In this document: positions 26,054 to 39,673 of the stretch, one piece after another
Layout: every line of letters begins with the position of its first letter
Position numbering within the stretch: the first letter of the stretch is position 1
Source of the DNA: Octopus sinensis
Lineage: Eukaryota
Length of the DNA stretch: 64,000 nucleotides
Assembly: GCF_006345805.1 (NCBI RefSeq)
Contig: NC_042999.1
Coordinates: forward strand, 45,570,001-45,634,000
Direction: 5' to 3'
Notes under the pieces: model-generated
Seen by the model: the letters and a program-made list of their open reading frames with translations, nothing else
What the model was told of the DNA's origin: nothing
The model's database searches: none
Position numbers and translations under genes: made by a program

Positions 26054-29000
26054 GTAACTGCCAGTCCTCCATACAAGTCTTGCCCAGGTCTGCACATGAA
26101 GGCACAGGTATATGGTCAATCTTGATTGACAAAAACTTGGAAAATTTTGAACAAGAATAAAAAAAGAAATAGGAAAATTGCTACTGCAGGAGAAATCAGA
26201 CAAGGCTGGTCTGATTACTTACTATTGATTTTACTATTGATTAACTACTATTGATCTTGAAATTATATAGGGTTTGGATGTTTATGGCCTGTGGACAGAA
26301 TACAAGTAACAAAGTCTAAGAAAGAGTATCAGTAAAAATCGAGTAAGCTGTTTTAAATACAGAGCATTAAGAAGAAAAGCTAATCATGTTAAAAGGAATT
26401 GGATTAACAGTGCAGTGAACTAGTTTAAATCAAACTGCTTTAGGGATCTTTGGCTGTAATAGCAACTCAAGAGTCTTGGAAAGGATTAATAATGGTTTAT
26501 AGCTTGGAGGAGTTGACTTTCCGAAGATTTCTTTTTTTAACTTTATGATTCAGAAGCTAGTAACTAAATATATCACTGGTTGATGAGAACAATCATTATC
26601 TTTGTTTTAAAGTTCTCTAGATTTACCTGCAAACAATGCTTTCTACAAAGAATTCAAGAATCTGTTGACTTAAGTACTGGCACTGATTTCCATAGTAATA
26701 AATGCTTTGGTGCTTATATACTTTCACTTTTATTGTACGCTGGTTCATTGAAATGCTAATAATCTTTTTATCTATAATAATATTTGCAAACAACTTTCCT
26801 GAAAACTCAAGTAGCATCATTGACCATTTTGGTGCTTAAAATTCTCAGACCAATCTCTAATATTCTGATAAGGCATTTTTATTTGAAAAGGAGAAAAGAA
26901 AAAAAGAAGAGGCGATAAATACATTTTTGTGGAGTGTGATTTTTAAAGTGGTTCACTATTATTTTTGTTTCCATAAAAGAGAATTCGGCAAACTGTTGAA
27001 TGCAAATAGATAGTAAATTACTGGTGTAAATAGCTGGGTAAAATACTTGATTTAACTTGTGTAAATAGAATATTTTGACTGATGCAATAAAATTGCTTAT
27101 TTAACTTGTGTAATAGAATTTTTAACATAGTTTCTGTAATGGACTTGTCTTTTTTTTTTTTTTATGAAAACAAAAAAAAAAATGATTCAATTATTTAAAT
27201 AGATTCTAGAATATATAACTGGAATATAAAACATTCTCTTCATGTTTGTGGAGCTGTATGTTTAGTTAAGCATTGAAATGTGGAACTAAACATTCCACAT
27301 TACAGAAATAGAAATGTTTGCTCATCACCATCATTACCACCACCACCACCACCACCATCATCATCATCATCGTTAAATTCATCATCATTATGTTCATCAT
27401 TATCATTATGTCCATCTCCATCATTAAATTCAGCATCATCATTAAATTAATCATTATCATTACATTCAACATTATCATTTATTTTCATCGTTGTTATCTT
27501 CATCATTATATTTATCATATGTCTGAATTTCCATGGTTATGATTTGAAAAATCTGCAAAATAACTTATCTTCATTCGTCATTATCTCTTGGTGAATTACT
27601 GACATACTCTCTTATCTCTCTATATTAACCATTTCATTCTCTGCATCCTCCTGAAATTATATCTAATCTAGCACTCCTCTAAGCTTGTACAGCAACATAT
27701 ACAATCTGTTTTCTTCATCTCTTCTCAGTACAACTGTGGTAGATTTTTCTGGCAAAACACACGCACATAAAAAATAAAAAGACTTCATCAAACCTCAGTC
27801 GATGCCAGTCAGTCTTAATTCCTCATTTCAGCTAAGTCTCTTACTCAGATTCATATTATACATTCAAAGTGTATTTCTAAATATTGTCCGAAAGTAGTTT
27901 ATTTGTATTAGATCTTTCACAATGAACTCTTCAAGTTCTTTCCTGTCTGCTACAGAATTTCATTCTTTCTGTCTCTGCTACTGCTATTCATTTTTGTAAA
28001 TATCCTACTTCATTCTAGCCTTATCATTCTCATCATTTATTGTTTACTCTAGATTACAAATAAACATCAATTTTAATATTGATTACTTTCTTAGACACAA
28101 AGCCAAAATGTTTTTTTTTTTTTTTGCCTTTTTACTTTTCATATTTTTTTCCCATTTTCTTTTGAAAGGCGAGAGGAAATGATTGGTATGATCCCAATAA
28201 ATTCTTAGTATTTTGGCATTTATTTTAGCTACAGTGAAGATTATAGAAGGCAATAACTAACCTCAACAGGATATTGAAATCATATATTTTTTTTTAAATA
28301 TTTTTCTTTTTTACCCAATTAATATTGGAGTTGTCAATTGTATCCCAGATGTTCAGGAAAACCTTGCAAAATCATCTAAATCAAATTCAATGACAAGGAT
28401 TCAAGTATAGAATAATGGTATTAGCTTGATACAATCAATCATATATGGTTAGTCAAGGTCAGAAGTGAGGATATTGTATAGGATATGCCAGAAATATAGG
28501 CCATCCACCAGTAGTTAGTTGGCTGTGCATGCATGTTTATTTTCACTTCCATCAAAATCATAAGTATTATAATTTTAATTAAAGAATTTTTTTCTTATTT
28601 ATAATGACATTAATGACCACTTTGAAATACTTGCAACTGTATAACTTGAAGTGAACCAAACATAACTTGGCATAATTACACTATAAACAGTGTTTTTACA
28701 GCAAAGATTCTAAATGATAATTAAACAGCTGTGGCCAAGTTTGTAATTTAAACTTCAAAGTTTCCTTTGTAGATCTTCAGAAAGAACAGCTTTAAGTATA
28801 TATATCACTGACAAAAGAGAAAATTTAGATTATTTCAATTTGGAAATCTTCCTGACAGGTGCCAATCTTTGTCCAGTTACCTCAAGATTGAATTATTTAT
28901 ACCAGAAAGATAAGAAAACTTGCTTTGTCAGTGGCTAGAAGCCAGTAACATATTGAATTTGAGGTCAGTTTATTATTCTAGTCAATAACTTTTAACTCTT

Positions 29001-29809
29001 ATATGTCAATTACAAAGCAATAGATGAGACATTTTTCTTAATTACAACTCCTGATAAGAATACCGGCATGGTATAGATATTTCAGTCTTGGGAAAGGAAA
29101 TTAGGTTCAATTGCTATTTGTACAACAGATTTATCTTTCAGATTTTCTGACAGTTAGTGCCAATACAAATATTGAAACTGTTATATTTAGTTAGCATGGT
29201 TGAGAAGATAGATGTTGTTGTTTAGCCCCAGGTTAGCTGTGATTGAGCAGATGTCTAAATCAACAGCTTCCCAACTTTTGTAATTCTGTCTTATTTATCT
29301 AGGACTATATAATCTAATTGGCAGAGTCATTAAAGTGTCGGATTGACTGTCTTGCCGTAATCACTCTGACTGTGTTCTGGGTTCAAATACTACTGCAGTC
29401 AACTTTGCTTTACATCTTTTCAGGGTTGGTTGATAAACTACCTGTATATGATTTTCCATTTTTTCATGAGTTAGATGGCATTTATTGAGATAAACCTTCT
29501 ATAGCCAGATGTTCTATTCTGTCACCAACATTTGCCTGTTTCCATGCACGGTAATATTTTTCCCTAGTCTGGACATATTTCTGTGGGAGATTTTAAACAA
29601 ATAGCATCACTTGTATGTATGAGGGTAATGTATGTTTACAATTAGAGCAATGTATCAAGGCTAGGAGATAGAAGCACACACCACACATACACATCCACCA
29701 TTACATACATACACTTACCCACACACATACATACGACGTGCTTCTTTTTTTAGATGACCCTCACCAGATTCATTTAAAAGCTTTGATCAATCTGGTGCTA
29801 TAGTACATA

Positions 29810-30725
29810 CAGGGTGTTCAGGTTAAATTTGATGGCTTGCATAAAAGGAAAAGAGAACACAATATACCATCCAAAAATAAAAGTATCTTCAAAAAATAAA
29901 AAGATATCAACTTGATTATGACTGGGAGATAACAGTTTACTCAAAGTAGCATCCTTCAGCTTTTATCGCAGGCTCATGATGGCTCTGGAACATGGTGCAT
30001 GCATTCTTCACTGCATCCCTGGGAAGATCTTCAAACTACCTCCTTGATCTTGGCCACTTGGTGTTGCAGACAGAGTGGTTGGTGTCTTTCTTGATTGTGC
30101 TCTGGATACAATAATCCATGGGATTGCAATTGATGGGAATTACGAGGCCAGAAATTGGGGCTGGTGAAGTCATAAAAAATTCTACAACCACCACGTCTGT
30201 CTTTTTCTGGAGGTATGGCAAGGAGCTGAATCCTGCTGCCACATATATGGCAACTCTCCAGCCAGGTTTTGACCCCAGTCTCCAGCAATTTCACACAGCT
30301 GTTTGGAACTGAGCTTAAAGCCCTGTTGAAAAATGTGGGGCAGCAGGACTTCACCCAAAGACCATCGTAGTTTGGAGGAACTTCTTTTCCATGAAGTCCG
30401 TGTCACATCTTACAATCATTACAGTTTACTGTTCAGAGTTGATCAGCAGTCATGATGTTGGCATTTGGATTTCCAGATGCACTACATCTGAATACAAGAT
30501 GAGATGGTCAAAGTTGGAATGCCTTTGTCATTATTAAACCGGTGTTTGGAATGTAAATTAACATGAAATTTTGATAGAAGGTCACTCTCTTTTCCAATAT
30601 TCAGATGGTTTTCAGTTCTCCATATTTTTAAGCTCTCCAACACTGTTGACTATTCACCAATATATCAAGCTATTCCTGAAAAAAAGCAGATGTAAAAAAA
30701 AATCAAATTTAACCCAGACACCCTG
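29810..30725 (-). mobile_element. Internally deleted Tc1/mariner element (DD~37D, maT-like)
   Basis: TIRs TA|CAGGGTGTTCAGGTTAAATTTGAT / ATCAAATTTAACCCAGACACCCTG|TA; WQQDSAPCHTSRK...NFWPRNS..CNPMDY with stop and frameshift. Confidence 0.9.
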
Positions 30726-31949
30726 TACTTAACCATGGTGCCATGAAGCGGGACTGAACCTGGAATTATGTTGTTGGGAAGAACCACACAAGCATATCTA
30801 CAACTACAATATTGACTTTTTAACACTTATGCATAATAAACATTCCAGTTGCATTTGAAAGGAAGAATTAAAATAAATACGAATAGATAAGCTGATCATA
30901 TAAATTATCATTCATATTTGCTTTAACCATTGAACTGTAGCCATACAGGGACATGACCCTCAAAGGTTTAGTTGGTCAAATAAACCACTGTACAGATTTT
31001 TTAAAAGTCTGGTACTTATTCAGTCAGTTTCTCTTGCCAAACTGCTAAGTTACATAGTTGTAAACAAAACAGAACCAGTTGTCAAGCAGTGGGAAGGTTA
31101 AACACAGACACACAGGTATATATGTATGATTGGCTTTCATGCAGTTTCCATGTATCAAATTCACTCTCAAGGTATTAGTTAACTCAGGGCTATTGTAGAA
31201 GATACTTGCCCAAGGTGCCACACAGTGGAATTCAACTCAAAAGCACATGATAGCACAGTAAACTTCTTAAGCAAACAGCCATTCTTATGGCTAGAGCAAG
31301 TTTCAAATAACATTTAGCACCTCATACCAGTTTGGTGTTGGAGCATCATTTCTTGTTTTTTTTTGCATCAAAATGCCAACAGCTTCTGAAAGGAATATAT
31401 ATGTTGAGCTTCAGCTTGCAGTGAAAATTTTTAGTGTGTTTTTAACATTAAAATTACATAGAGCTGCTCAGGATTTAAAATATATTGACAGATGTGAACA
31501 TTTTGAGGAATGTTAGTACTTAACATGGCTATCTGAACCAGTTTGTTCAGCCATGAAATGCAACTGTATATGGATTATGGTTAAATGCTGGAATGAAATT
31601 TGTCCAAATTATCTGGAAATTTTATAGCTTCATATAATAGCTTTCAAAGTAATTTCACATTATTTACTCCTCAAGAAGCTGGAAAATATGCATTTTTGGA
31701 AAATGTACAAATATGATACTGAAATTTTCCTCAAAAACATTACTGGCTACAATAATTTGAATTGCTATAATAGATATGAGATGCTTGATTTGCAATTTTT
31801 CTCAGCATCTGCATTATGAGGTATATAGTTGCAGCAATGAAATACAATGGTGCTTATTTACAAGAAAAGAACCCTTTTTGTGGTTACTCAGTCAAAAGTA
31901 CTCTAAGTCACATCTTACCATATTAAAGGAAGACACATTAAGCGATGTA

Positions 31950-32188
31950 TTTCCAGATGCACTACATCTGAATATAAGATGTGATAGTCAAAGTTGGAAT
32001 GCCTTTGATCAGGTGTCTGCGCTCTCTGGTATTTAATAAAATAACTTTGTCATTATTAAACTGGTGTTTGGAATGTAAATTAACATGAAATTTTGATGGA
32101 CAGTTTTAATTTAGGCCACTTTAAAATGGGAAGTTTGTACCATAGAACCAGGGGTGGTCTCAAGCAGGTTGGTATCAAAGAAAGTTAA
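31950..32188. mobile_element. Fragment of a TTAA-ended (piggyBac-like) non-autonomous repeat; related pieces at 30468-30590 and 37232-37310
   Basis: Shared sequence blocks; ends ...ggtatcaaagaaagTTAA versus TTAAcccttttgatacc. Confidence 0.45.
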
Positions 32189-32299
32189 AGTGGTTCTCAT
32201 CTGGGATTCATATAGCCCTTAGGGGTCCATGTAATTTGTTACAATACACAAAATATTTTGATAACTTTTTTTAATGACTGCGAAGACCCGACGAATAAA

Positions 32300-32757
32300 G
32301 TGAGTTCATGGCTCTCAGAACGGACTGCTGTGCTAACCTTGGATCGTAGAGTGACCTGCTGTGCTTGAGGAGACCTATTGAGTCAAGTACGTCAACATCA
32401 ACATCAAAATAAAAATCAAATGGAAATTGTAGTTATGTTACCCGTGCTGTTGGCACATAAAAAGCACCATCCAAATGTGGCTGATGCTAGTGCTGCCTGA
32501 CTGGCGTCCGTGTCAGTGACACATAAAAAGCACTAACTGATCATGGCCATTTGCCAGCCTCCCCTGGCCCCTGTACCGGTGGCAAGTAAAAAGCACCCAC
32601 TGCATTCATGGAGTGGTTGGCGTTAGGAAGGTCATCCAGCTGTAGAAACACTGCTAGATCAGACTGGAGCCTGGTGCAGCCTCCTGGCTTCCCAGACCCC
32701 GGTTGAACCGTCCAACCTATGCTAGCATGGAAAATGGACGTTAAATGATGATGACAG
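32300..32757 (+). mobile_element. RTE LINE 3' UTR fragment
   Basis: tgtgcttgaggagac junction, aaaaagcacc tandem units, (GAT)n tail. Confidence 0.8.
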
Positions 32758-33743
32758 TTCCTAACAATATAATGTAATTTGATTTGATAACACATCAAAT
32801 GGCAAGGAAGATCTATCTGAGTAAAATAGTAACCAAAGATATCCATAAGTAGGAAATGGTTGAGAAACACTGAGCTAAACAAAAGAACTTCTTTACAGCT
32901 TGGTATACTGAACTATTGAGGGTCGAGTGTCTTTGTCAAGGACACAGAACAACACTGACAAGATAGAAACTGTCAGCACTCACTTGACAACAACATCATA
33001 ATGACCTAGCTTCCTATTACTCTCAATAGGAAAGAGAGAGAGAGAGAAAAAGAGAGAGATCATTAAATCAATAGGAAATTAAGAAATAATTTGGTGTGTT
33101 TTGGAACTGGAGTCAGTTGGAATACTATGCGGTATATATATATATATGGCATTATATGAGCCAAGATATTCCATGCTAATAAGTGAGTGTTGTGGCAATT
33201 ACTAGCTGAATTGGAAATTTTAGATGTCACAATTAAATTTTATATGCAATTTGATAGCATAGATATCAAAAGGTAGATAAGATTTCATCAATTATTTGGA
33301 AGTGATCCTCTTTAAAGACTCCTGACTGTCTTGAAGATGCAGCATATTATCTAAATAATTTAATAATCAGTAGAAGTTTAACTTATAAACCTAGTTAAAG
33401 TCGATTCTTTTTTAAATACTAATTGAGTCCATGAGGCATTTTGGTTTTGTGCATTTATATATATATTTGTGTGTGTGTGTGTGTGTGTAAATGTAAGATC
33501 CAAGGATCAAGGTGTAGAAAGAGAGTGAGTTTTAAGCAATCCCTAGAAAATATTTAAAAAAACCATCTTTCAGGAAAAATAGAGGTTTATTGGAGTGGAA
33601 AGTTGTGGACTTTTTCCATATCAAAGTATAATCTGAAGAAGAAAAAAAATGTTACATCTCATGACAGGCAGCCAAGGTTGCCAGGTATGCAAATAAAAAT
33701 CCAAGCGTTAAGGAATGGAATAGATAAAATCCAGGATTCATAT

Positions 33744-33952
33744 GTTTCATAGCGATTAGAACCTCAGAAGTGGTAAATATCCAAGCGAGATGTATACCAC
33801 AGGCTACTCTTTTGATCAAATCCTCCATGTGTTAACACGGGCCACCTAATGACAATGTAAACTCCAGTTAATCTTCTTGGCCCGAAGAGTAGCTTGTGGT
33901 ATACACTTCGCTTGGATATTTACCATTTCTGTGGTTCCACTTGCTATGAAAC
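33744..33952. repeat. Long imperfect inverted repeat (68-bp arms, 73-nt structured spacer)
   Basis: 33744-33811 pairs with 33885-33952, 8 mismatches. Confidence 0.9.
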
Positions 33953-34571
33953 AAATGTAATCATAACTTTGTCTACTCCATTCCTTAACTCTTGAATATG
34001 TGTGTGTGTGCACACAGAATTTAAGCTTAGTTATTGATGTGCTGAATGCATATGTTACTAGATTAGAATTCAGTTTTCACCTATGTTAAACTTACTCTCA
34101 CATATTATTTAAACACACACACAGACAAGCACATGTATATCTTATATCTTTTACTTGTTTCAGTCATTGGATTGCAGCCATGGTGGGGCACTACCTTGAA
34201 GGGTTTAGTCGAACAAATCAATCCTCAGTACTTATTACAAACCAACACCAGCTGTCAACCAGTGGTGGGAAACTTACACAGATATTCACACATAGATATG
34301 ACCCCCTCTCCACCGCCACATGTGACATCTTTCAGTTTCTGTCTAACAAATCCACTCACAAGGCTTTGGTTAGCCCAAAGGCTATAGTAGAAGACGCTTG
34401 CCCAAGATGCCTCACTGTTGAACTGAACCTGGAACCATGTGGTTGGGAAGCAAACATCTTACCATACAGCCACAGTATTCAAGTGCACTATCATGCATAG
34501 ATATACATACCATAATTTGTTGCAGTCAATGTCTTCCACAGCAGTAAAATTAATATCACATTATTCACTGA

Positions 34572-34984
34572 GCAGGAGTGGCTGTGTGGTAAGTAGCTTG
34601 CTAACCAACCACATGGTTCCGGGTTCAGTCCCACTGCGTGGCATCTTGGGCAAGTGTCTTCTGCTATAGCCCCGGGCCGACCAATGCCTTGTGAGTGGAT
34701 TTGGTAGACGGAAACTGAAAGAAGCCTGTCGTATATATGTATATATATATATATATGTGTGTGTGTGTTTGTGTGTCTGTGTTTGTCCCCCTAGCATTGC
34801 TTGACAACCGATGCTGGTGTGTTTACGTCCCCGTCACTTAGCGGTTCGGCAAAAAAGAGACCGATAGAATAAGTACTGGGCTTACAAAGAATAAGTCCCG
34901 GGGTCGATTTGCTCGACTAAAGGCGGTGCTCCAGCATGGCCGCAGTCAAATGACTCAAACAAGTGAAAGAGTAATAGAGTAAAG
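34572..34984 (+). mobile_element. Full-length young SINE family B with internal (TA)(TG) microsatellite
   Basis: tRNA-like head; nearly identical to the minus-strand copy at 47384-47794. Confidence 0.9.
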
Positions 34985-35426
34985 AGAGAGCATAATAAGG
35001 TGCATGCATTTGAATAATGAGAGGATACGACTCAGCTGTATTGGACTTTGAAGAGGTTTTAAAGAGGGTGTTAATCAAGTACCTGTTTGTTAACTTTGTA
35101 ATCTAGGGCAATAGAATTGCAAGGCTTGCTTGCTGAGACAATGAAATACCTCATTAGCTGGATGATTAGAAATATTATCTTCTCAGTTATTTGAGCCGTG
35201 TAAGCACTTGTGATAAAGAAAAGCAAAAATGGTTAATGTGTCTCCAAGAACCACAGGAGCTCGTAAAGCTAGGGGCTTATCTCTGAATTCAGTATCATGA
35301 AATAAATGTGAGAGAAATCTGTGCAATTTCAGTTGTAAATAACATGCCCTGAAGTATTATCTAGTGCTGATTCTTCAGCATATTAGTGAACTGAGGCACA
35401 TAGAATAGAATTTAATAAAGTATCTT

Positions 35427-35548
35427 GAAAGAAGAAAATATCTGCTGCAAATACAAGTAAGAAGGAAATATCTACAGCAAATTTGAGAAAGAAGAAAGAA
35501 TCTGCAGTAAATGTGAGAAAGAAGAAAATTTCTGCAGTAAATACGAAC
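35427..35548. repeat. 30-bp minisatellite, ~4 copies
   Basis: gaaagaagaaaatatctgcagcaaatttga-like unit, no indels. Confidence 0.8.
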
Positions 35549-36208
35549 TCTCAGTCTAAGAGCTCTTAGTCTCATTATCTTATCAGTTCATCCATTTTAC
35601 TTCTATACAAGTTATAGAAGTTTTATCTTGTCTATCACATCAAATTTCTTGACTTACCTTGCTAATTTATTGCAGATAATTTCTGCAATTTTCTCATCAA
35701 AACCAAGCTGCTGTGTTCTCTGCTGTTATATTGTGACTATTGTAAGGTGAATTCTACTGTAAATTTAGATTATTGATTAAGTTTTGTTTGACAGAACGTA
35801 AGCATGTATATATATGTATATATGCTGCAATAGTTAACTACGTCTTGACAGCTAACCTGTGCAGGCAATCAGACCTCATGAAAGGGAGATTTACATGTTG
35901 TGTCATACAGTTTCCTGCTGTGTGATAATTGTGTTCTATTTTACTGCGAAAGAATTCAAACTTATTGATATAAACTGCTTGTTTATATAGCTTCAGTTTG
36001 ATTTATTGTCATATTTGCAAGGTTTTTTATTGTTCAAATATGGTTGTAAACTTAAGACTTGTTAAATGAGAGAAGAGATGACTTGTAATGTTTATATTCT
36101 AGCCTAAGGCATTAAGCTACATAAATGAATTAGTTTCAGCTTTGGAAACAAACTGATCAGTAAACATGGTTTTTTGTTTTTTTAATAAAATTTATCGCAA
36201 CCCAACAG

Positions 36209-37755
36209 AATAAAGGTAACGAGGAAGAATATTAACTTCTTATACGCACAGTGAGATTTTAAATTTATAGGTGAAATAGAAATGTGATGTTGTGGTGTTC
36301 ATGTTACTATAGAGAGTGAATACTGAGTCCATATGGAAATCATGCAGCCATCGCATGTATAGTTGAAAATCACCATTATTATTATCGTCATCATCATTGT
36401 CATTATCGTTGCCATCATCATCATCATCATCATCATTGTCATTGTTGTCATCATCGTTAAACTTCTGTTTTCTGTGCAGGCATGGTTGGATGGTTTGACA
36501 AGATCTAGCAAACTGCAGGGCTGCATTGAGGCCCTGTGCCAGCTTTGGCATGGTCTCTATGGCTGGATGCCCTTCCTAATTCCATCTTCTATTTTTACAG
36601 AGTGCCATTGGCATGAGTGAGGTCACCAAGCAGTTTGTAAGATAAGATAAGAAAAGGAAGAGAGAAGGTGGAAAAGGGAAAAAGCCTCTTCAACTAAGTG
36701 GTGTGGGGGAGGGGTGATGGTTCTATGGCTGGCGTTGAGAGGCTAGAGTGTGATGGAGGGACATGCCCAGGTGTCAGATACAAGGCTACCTGCATTTATG
36801 TTTTGCAATAACATGGTTCCATGTTCAATGTCACTGCATAGCACCTTGGGAAAGTATATCTTTTTTTACTGTAGCCCTGGTTAGATTGATGCAAGCCTTG
36901 TAAGTGAAATTGAATATGGGTGGGCAGAAACTGTGTTTAAAGCAGCGAGCTGGCAGAAACGTTAGCACGCAGAGTGAAATGCTTAGCGGTATTTCGTCTG
37001 CCGCTACGTTCTGAGTTCAAATTCCGCCGAGGTCGACTTTGCCTTTCATCCTTTTGAAGTCGATAAATTAAATACCAGTTACGCACTGGGGTCGATGCAA
37101 TCAACTTAATCCCTTTGTCCATTCTTGTTTGTCCCCTCTATGTTTAGCCCCTTGTGGGCAATAAAGAAATAAGAAACTGTGTTTAAGCCTGTCAAATTGG
37201 ACTCTGTTTTTGGTGGAAGACGTAATTTGTTTTAACCCTTTTGATACCACCCCCACCTGAACCTACCCTTGGTTCTATGATACAAGCCTCTATTTTTAAA
37301 GAAATTTTGCAAGTTCAGGTCATCATTGGAGTGGTTGGTGTTAGGAAGGGTATCCAGCTTTAGAAACTCTGCCAGATCTGATTGGACTCTGGTGCAGCCA
37401 TCTGGCTCGCCAGACCTCAGTCAAATTGTCCAACCCATGCTAGCATGGAAAGCGGACGTTAAATGATGGTGATGATGATGATGATGAAATCATTTTCAAA
37501 ATGACTGTCAGAAATTGAAAATAAAGGTAACAAGGAAGAATATTAACTTCTTATATGCACAGCGAGATTTAAATTTATAGGTGAAATGGAAATGTGATGT
37601 GGTGTTCATGTTACTATAGAGAGTGAATAAGGAGTCCATATGGAAATCATGCAGCCATAGCATGTATGGTTGAAAATCATCATCATTGTCATCATCATCG
37701 TTGTCATTGCCATCATCGTTGCCATCATCATCATCATCATCATCATTGTCATTGC
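36209..37755. repeat. Dispersed direct duplication 36209-36372 / 37520-37679, each followed by degenerate (CAT)n
   Basis: Direct comparison; high identity with a few substitutions and small indels. Confidence 0.85.
36941..37171 (+). mobile_element. Nin-domain-type SINE monomer
   Basis: 15-bp perfect TSD agaaactgtgtttaa (36926-36940 / 37172-37186). Confidence 0.9.
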
Positions 37756-38624
37756 AGACTCTTTGTTTCCTTAGAATTTAGTTCTGCATTGCTGCACCGT
37801 TTAGCATTGTTCAGATGATGCTGATACTGATGCTAATCAACATTTCTTCGAAACCAAGGAAGCATAGATTGCAAGTCTTGACGGCTTCTCTGCAACATTC
37901 GGACAAAACTTGACTCCAGGGAATCGGTGTTCTGATACTGATTTTGTTTGTTGTTTAAATGCAGCATTGTTACTTTGATAATGAAAGACCTGCCTCATTA
38001 TTGCATTATAGTTGATAATGAGCAATGTACTAAGAGCTGCACTCGCAAGCGAATAATTGTTGCTTGCTGCACTTAATACACCTGCACGCAGTTTGGGGGT
38101 AATAAGGTGGTGCTAGTGATGCTTACAGTGATGATGATGATGATGGTGGTGGTGGTATAGCTGTCATTATAGCTGTCATTATGTCAGTCTTTTACATTGT
38201 TGGTTTACATTGATGAAATTTGCCCTGTTCTTTTCCACCATACACGATTCGATACATACGCGAGATCTTGTTAATTTTTGAGATTTGGCCATCTGCTTAT
38301 TAGAAAGCTTAGGCTGAAACACTGGAATGCTTTCGCTGGAAATTGTTCTGCTGCCAAATTCTATTGTTTGTAACAATTAGTTATTATTAAACACCATTTC
38401 CTGTTTGCATTGAAAAGACAAAATGGAAAAGAGAGCAAAGAAAATGTGAAGATATTTGAAACCAATGGAAAAGGAAAAAAAAAATATAATAAAACGAAGA
38501 AATAAATGATAAATTGAGTTGTCACTGTATTCTGCTGCTGCTCTCTCTCTCTCTATCTCAGTCTCTCTATTTCTCTCTCTCTATTTCTCTCTCCCTCTCT
38601 CTCTGTTATAAAAGATATATTTAT

Positions 38625-38666
<42 letters not shown>

Positions 38667-39406
38667 GTATATAGGCATATACTAATTAAGTTCTAATATT
38701 GTAATATTGTTAAAACCTCTGACACAGGAAGAGGAACAATTATATATACACACACACACATTCATGTACTTGTGATTACTGTATGGACAAACAGACAGAC
38801 ATATTTGAATTAGATTATTTTTATCGCTGTCATCTTAATGTATATCTCTCTATGTCTGTGTATGCACATATATAAATGCGTATGTATGCATATTCATATC
38901 TATATGTATATATATGTATATATATAGATAGATAGATAGATGTATGCATATATATACATATATGGATGTATCATATATGTAAAATAATTTATTGATGAAT
39001 GAAATTTACATCCAATGGTGACATCCCTGGTGATATTTTATGTCCTTTGTGATTATCTTGGTAAATTAAGAAACTTTGTAAATATCATTCATTTTCTATG
39101 CAAGTGAAAACTCAGTTATGAAGATAATCTGATGTAGACAATTGAAGAAAAAAAAAAATGGTTTTGATGTCATCTAGATAGTGGAACACACTCAAATATT
39201 AGCAATATAATTTGTTCTGAGAGTATCTTATTAAATCAGTACAACTGGCAGTATTAAAGTTCTCTATAGAGGGTGACATTTATAGGACAACATTTAAAAT
39301 GAAGATGAGAAGATGAGTTGCAAAGGCTTAGAATTACTGGCTAGATAACTATACGTGTATATATATATATGTACACACACACACAAACACACAGAGGCAC
39401 ACATGC

Positions 39407-39437
<31 letters not shown>

Positions 39438-39642
39438 ATATATATACATATACATACATATATATACACTCTCGGGGTGGTTGGCGTTAGGAAGGGCATC
39501 CAGCTGTAGAAACTCTGCCAGATCAAGATTGGAGCCTGGTGCAGCCATCTGGTTCGCCAGCCCTCAGTCAAAATCGTCCAACCCATGCTAGCATGGAAAG
39601 TGGACGTTAAACGATGATGATGATGATATATATTTATATATG

Positions 39643-39673
<31 letters not shown>

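Noticed and set aside
27240-27540. Poly-Met/Ile/Thr ORFs (also 36240-36620 and 58928-59359)
   Set aside because: Degenerate (CAT)n/(CAC)n triplet repeats.
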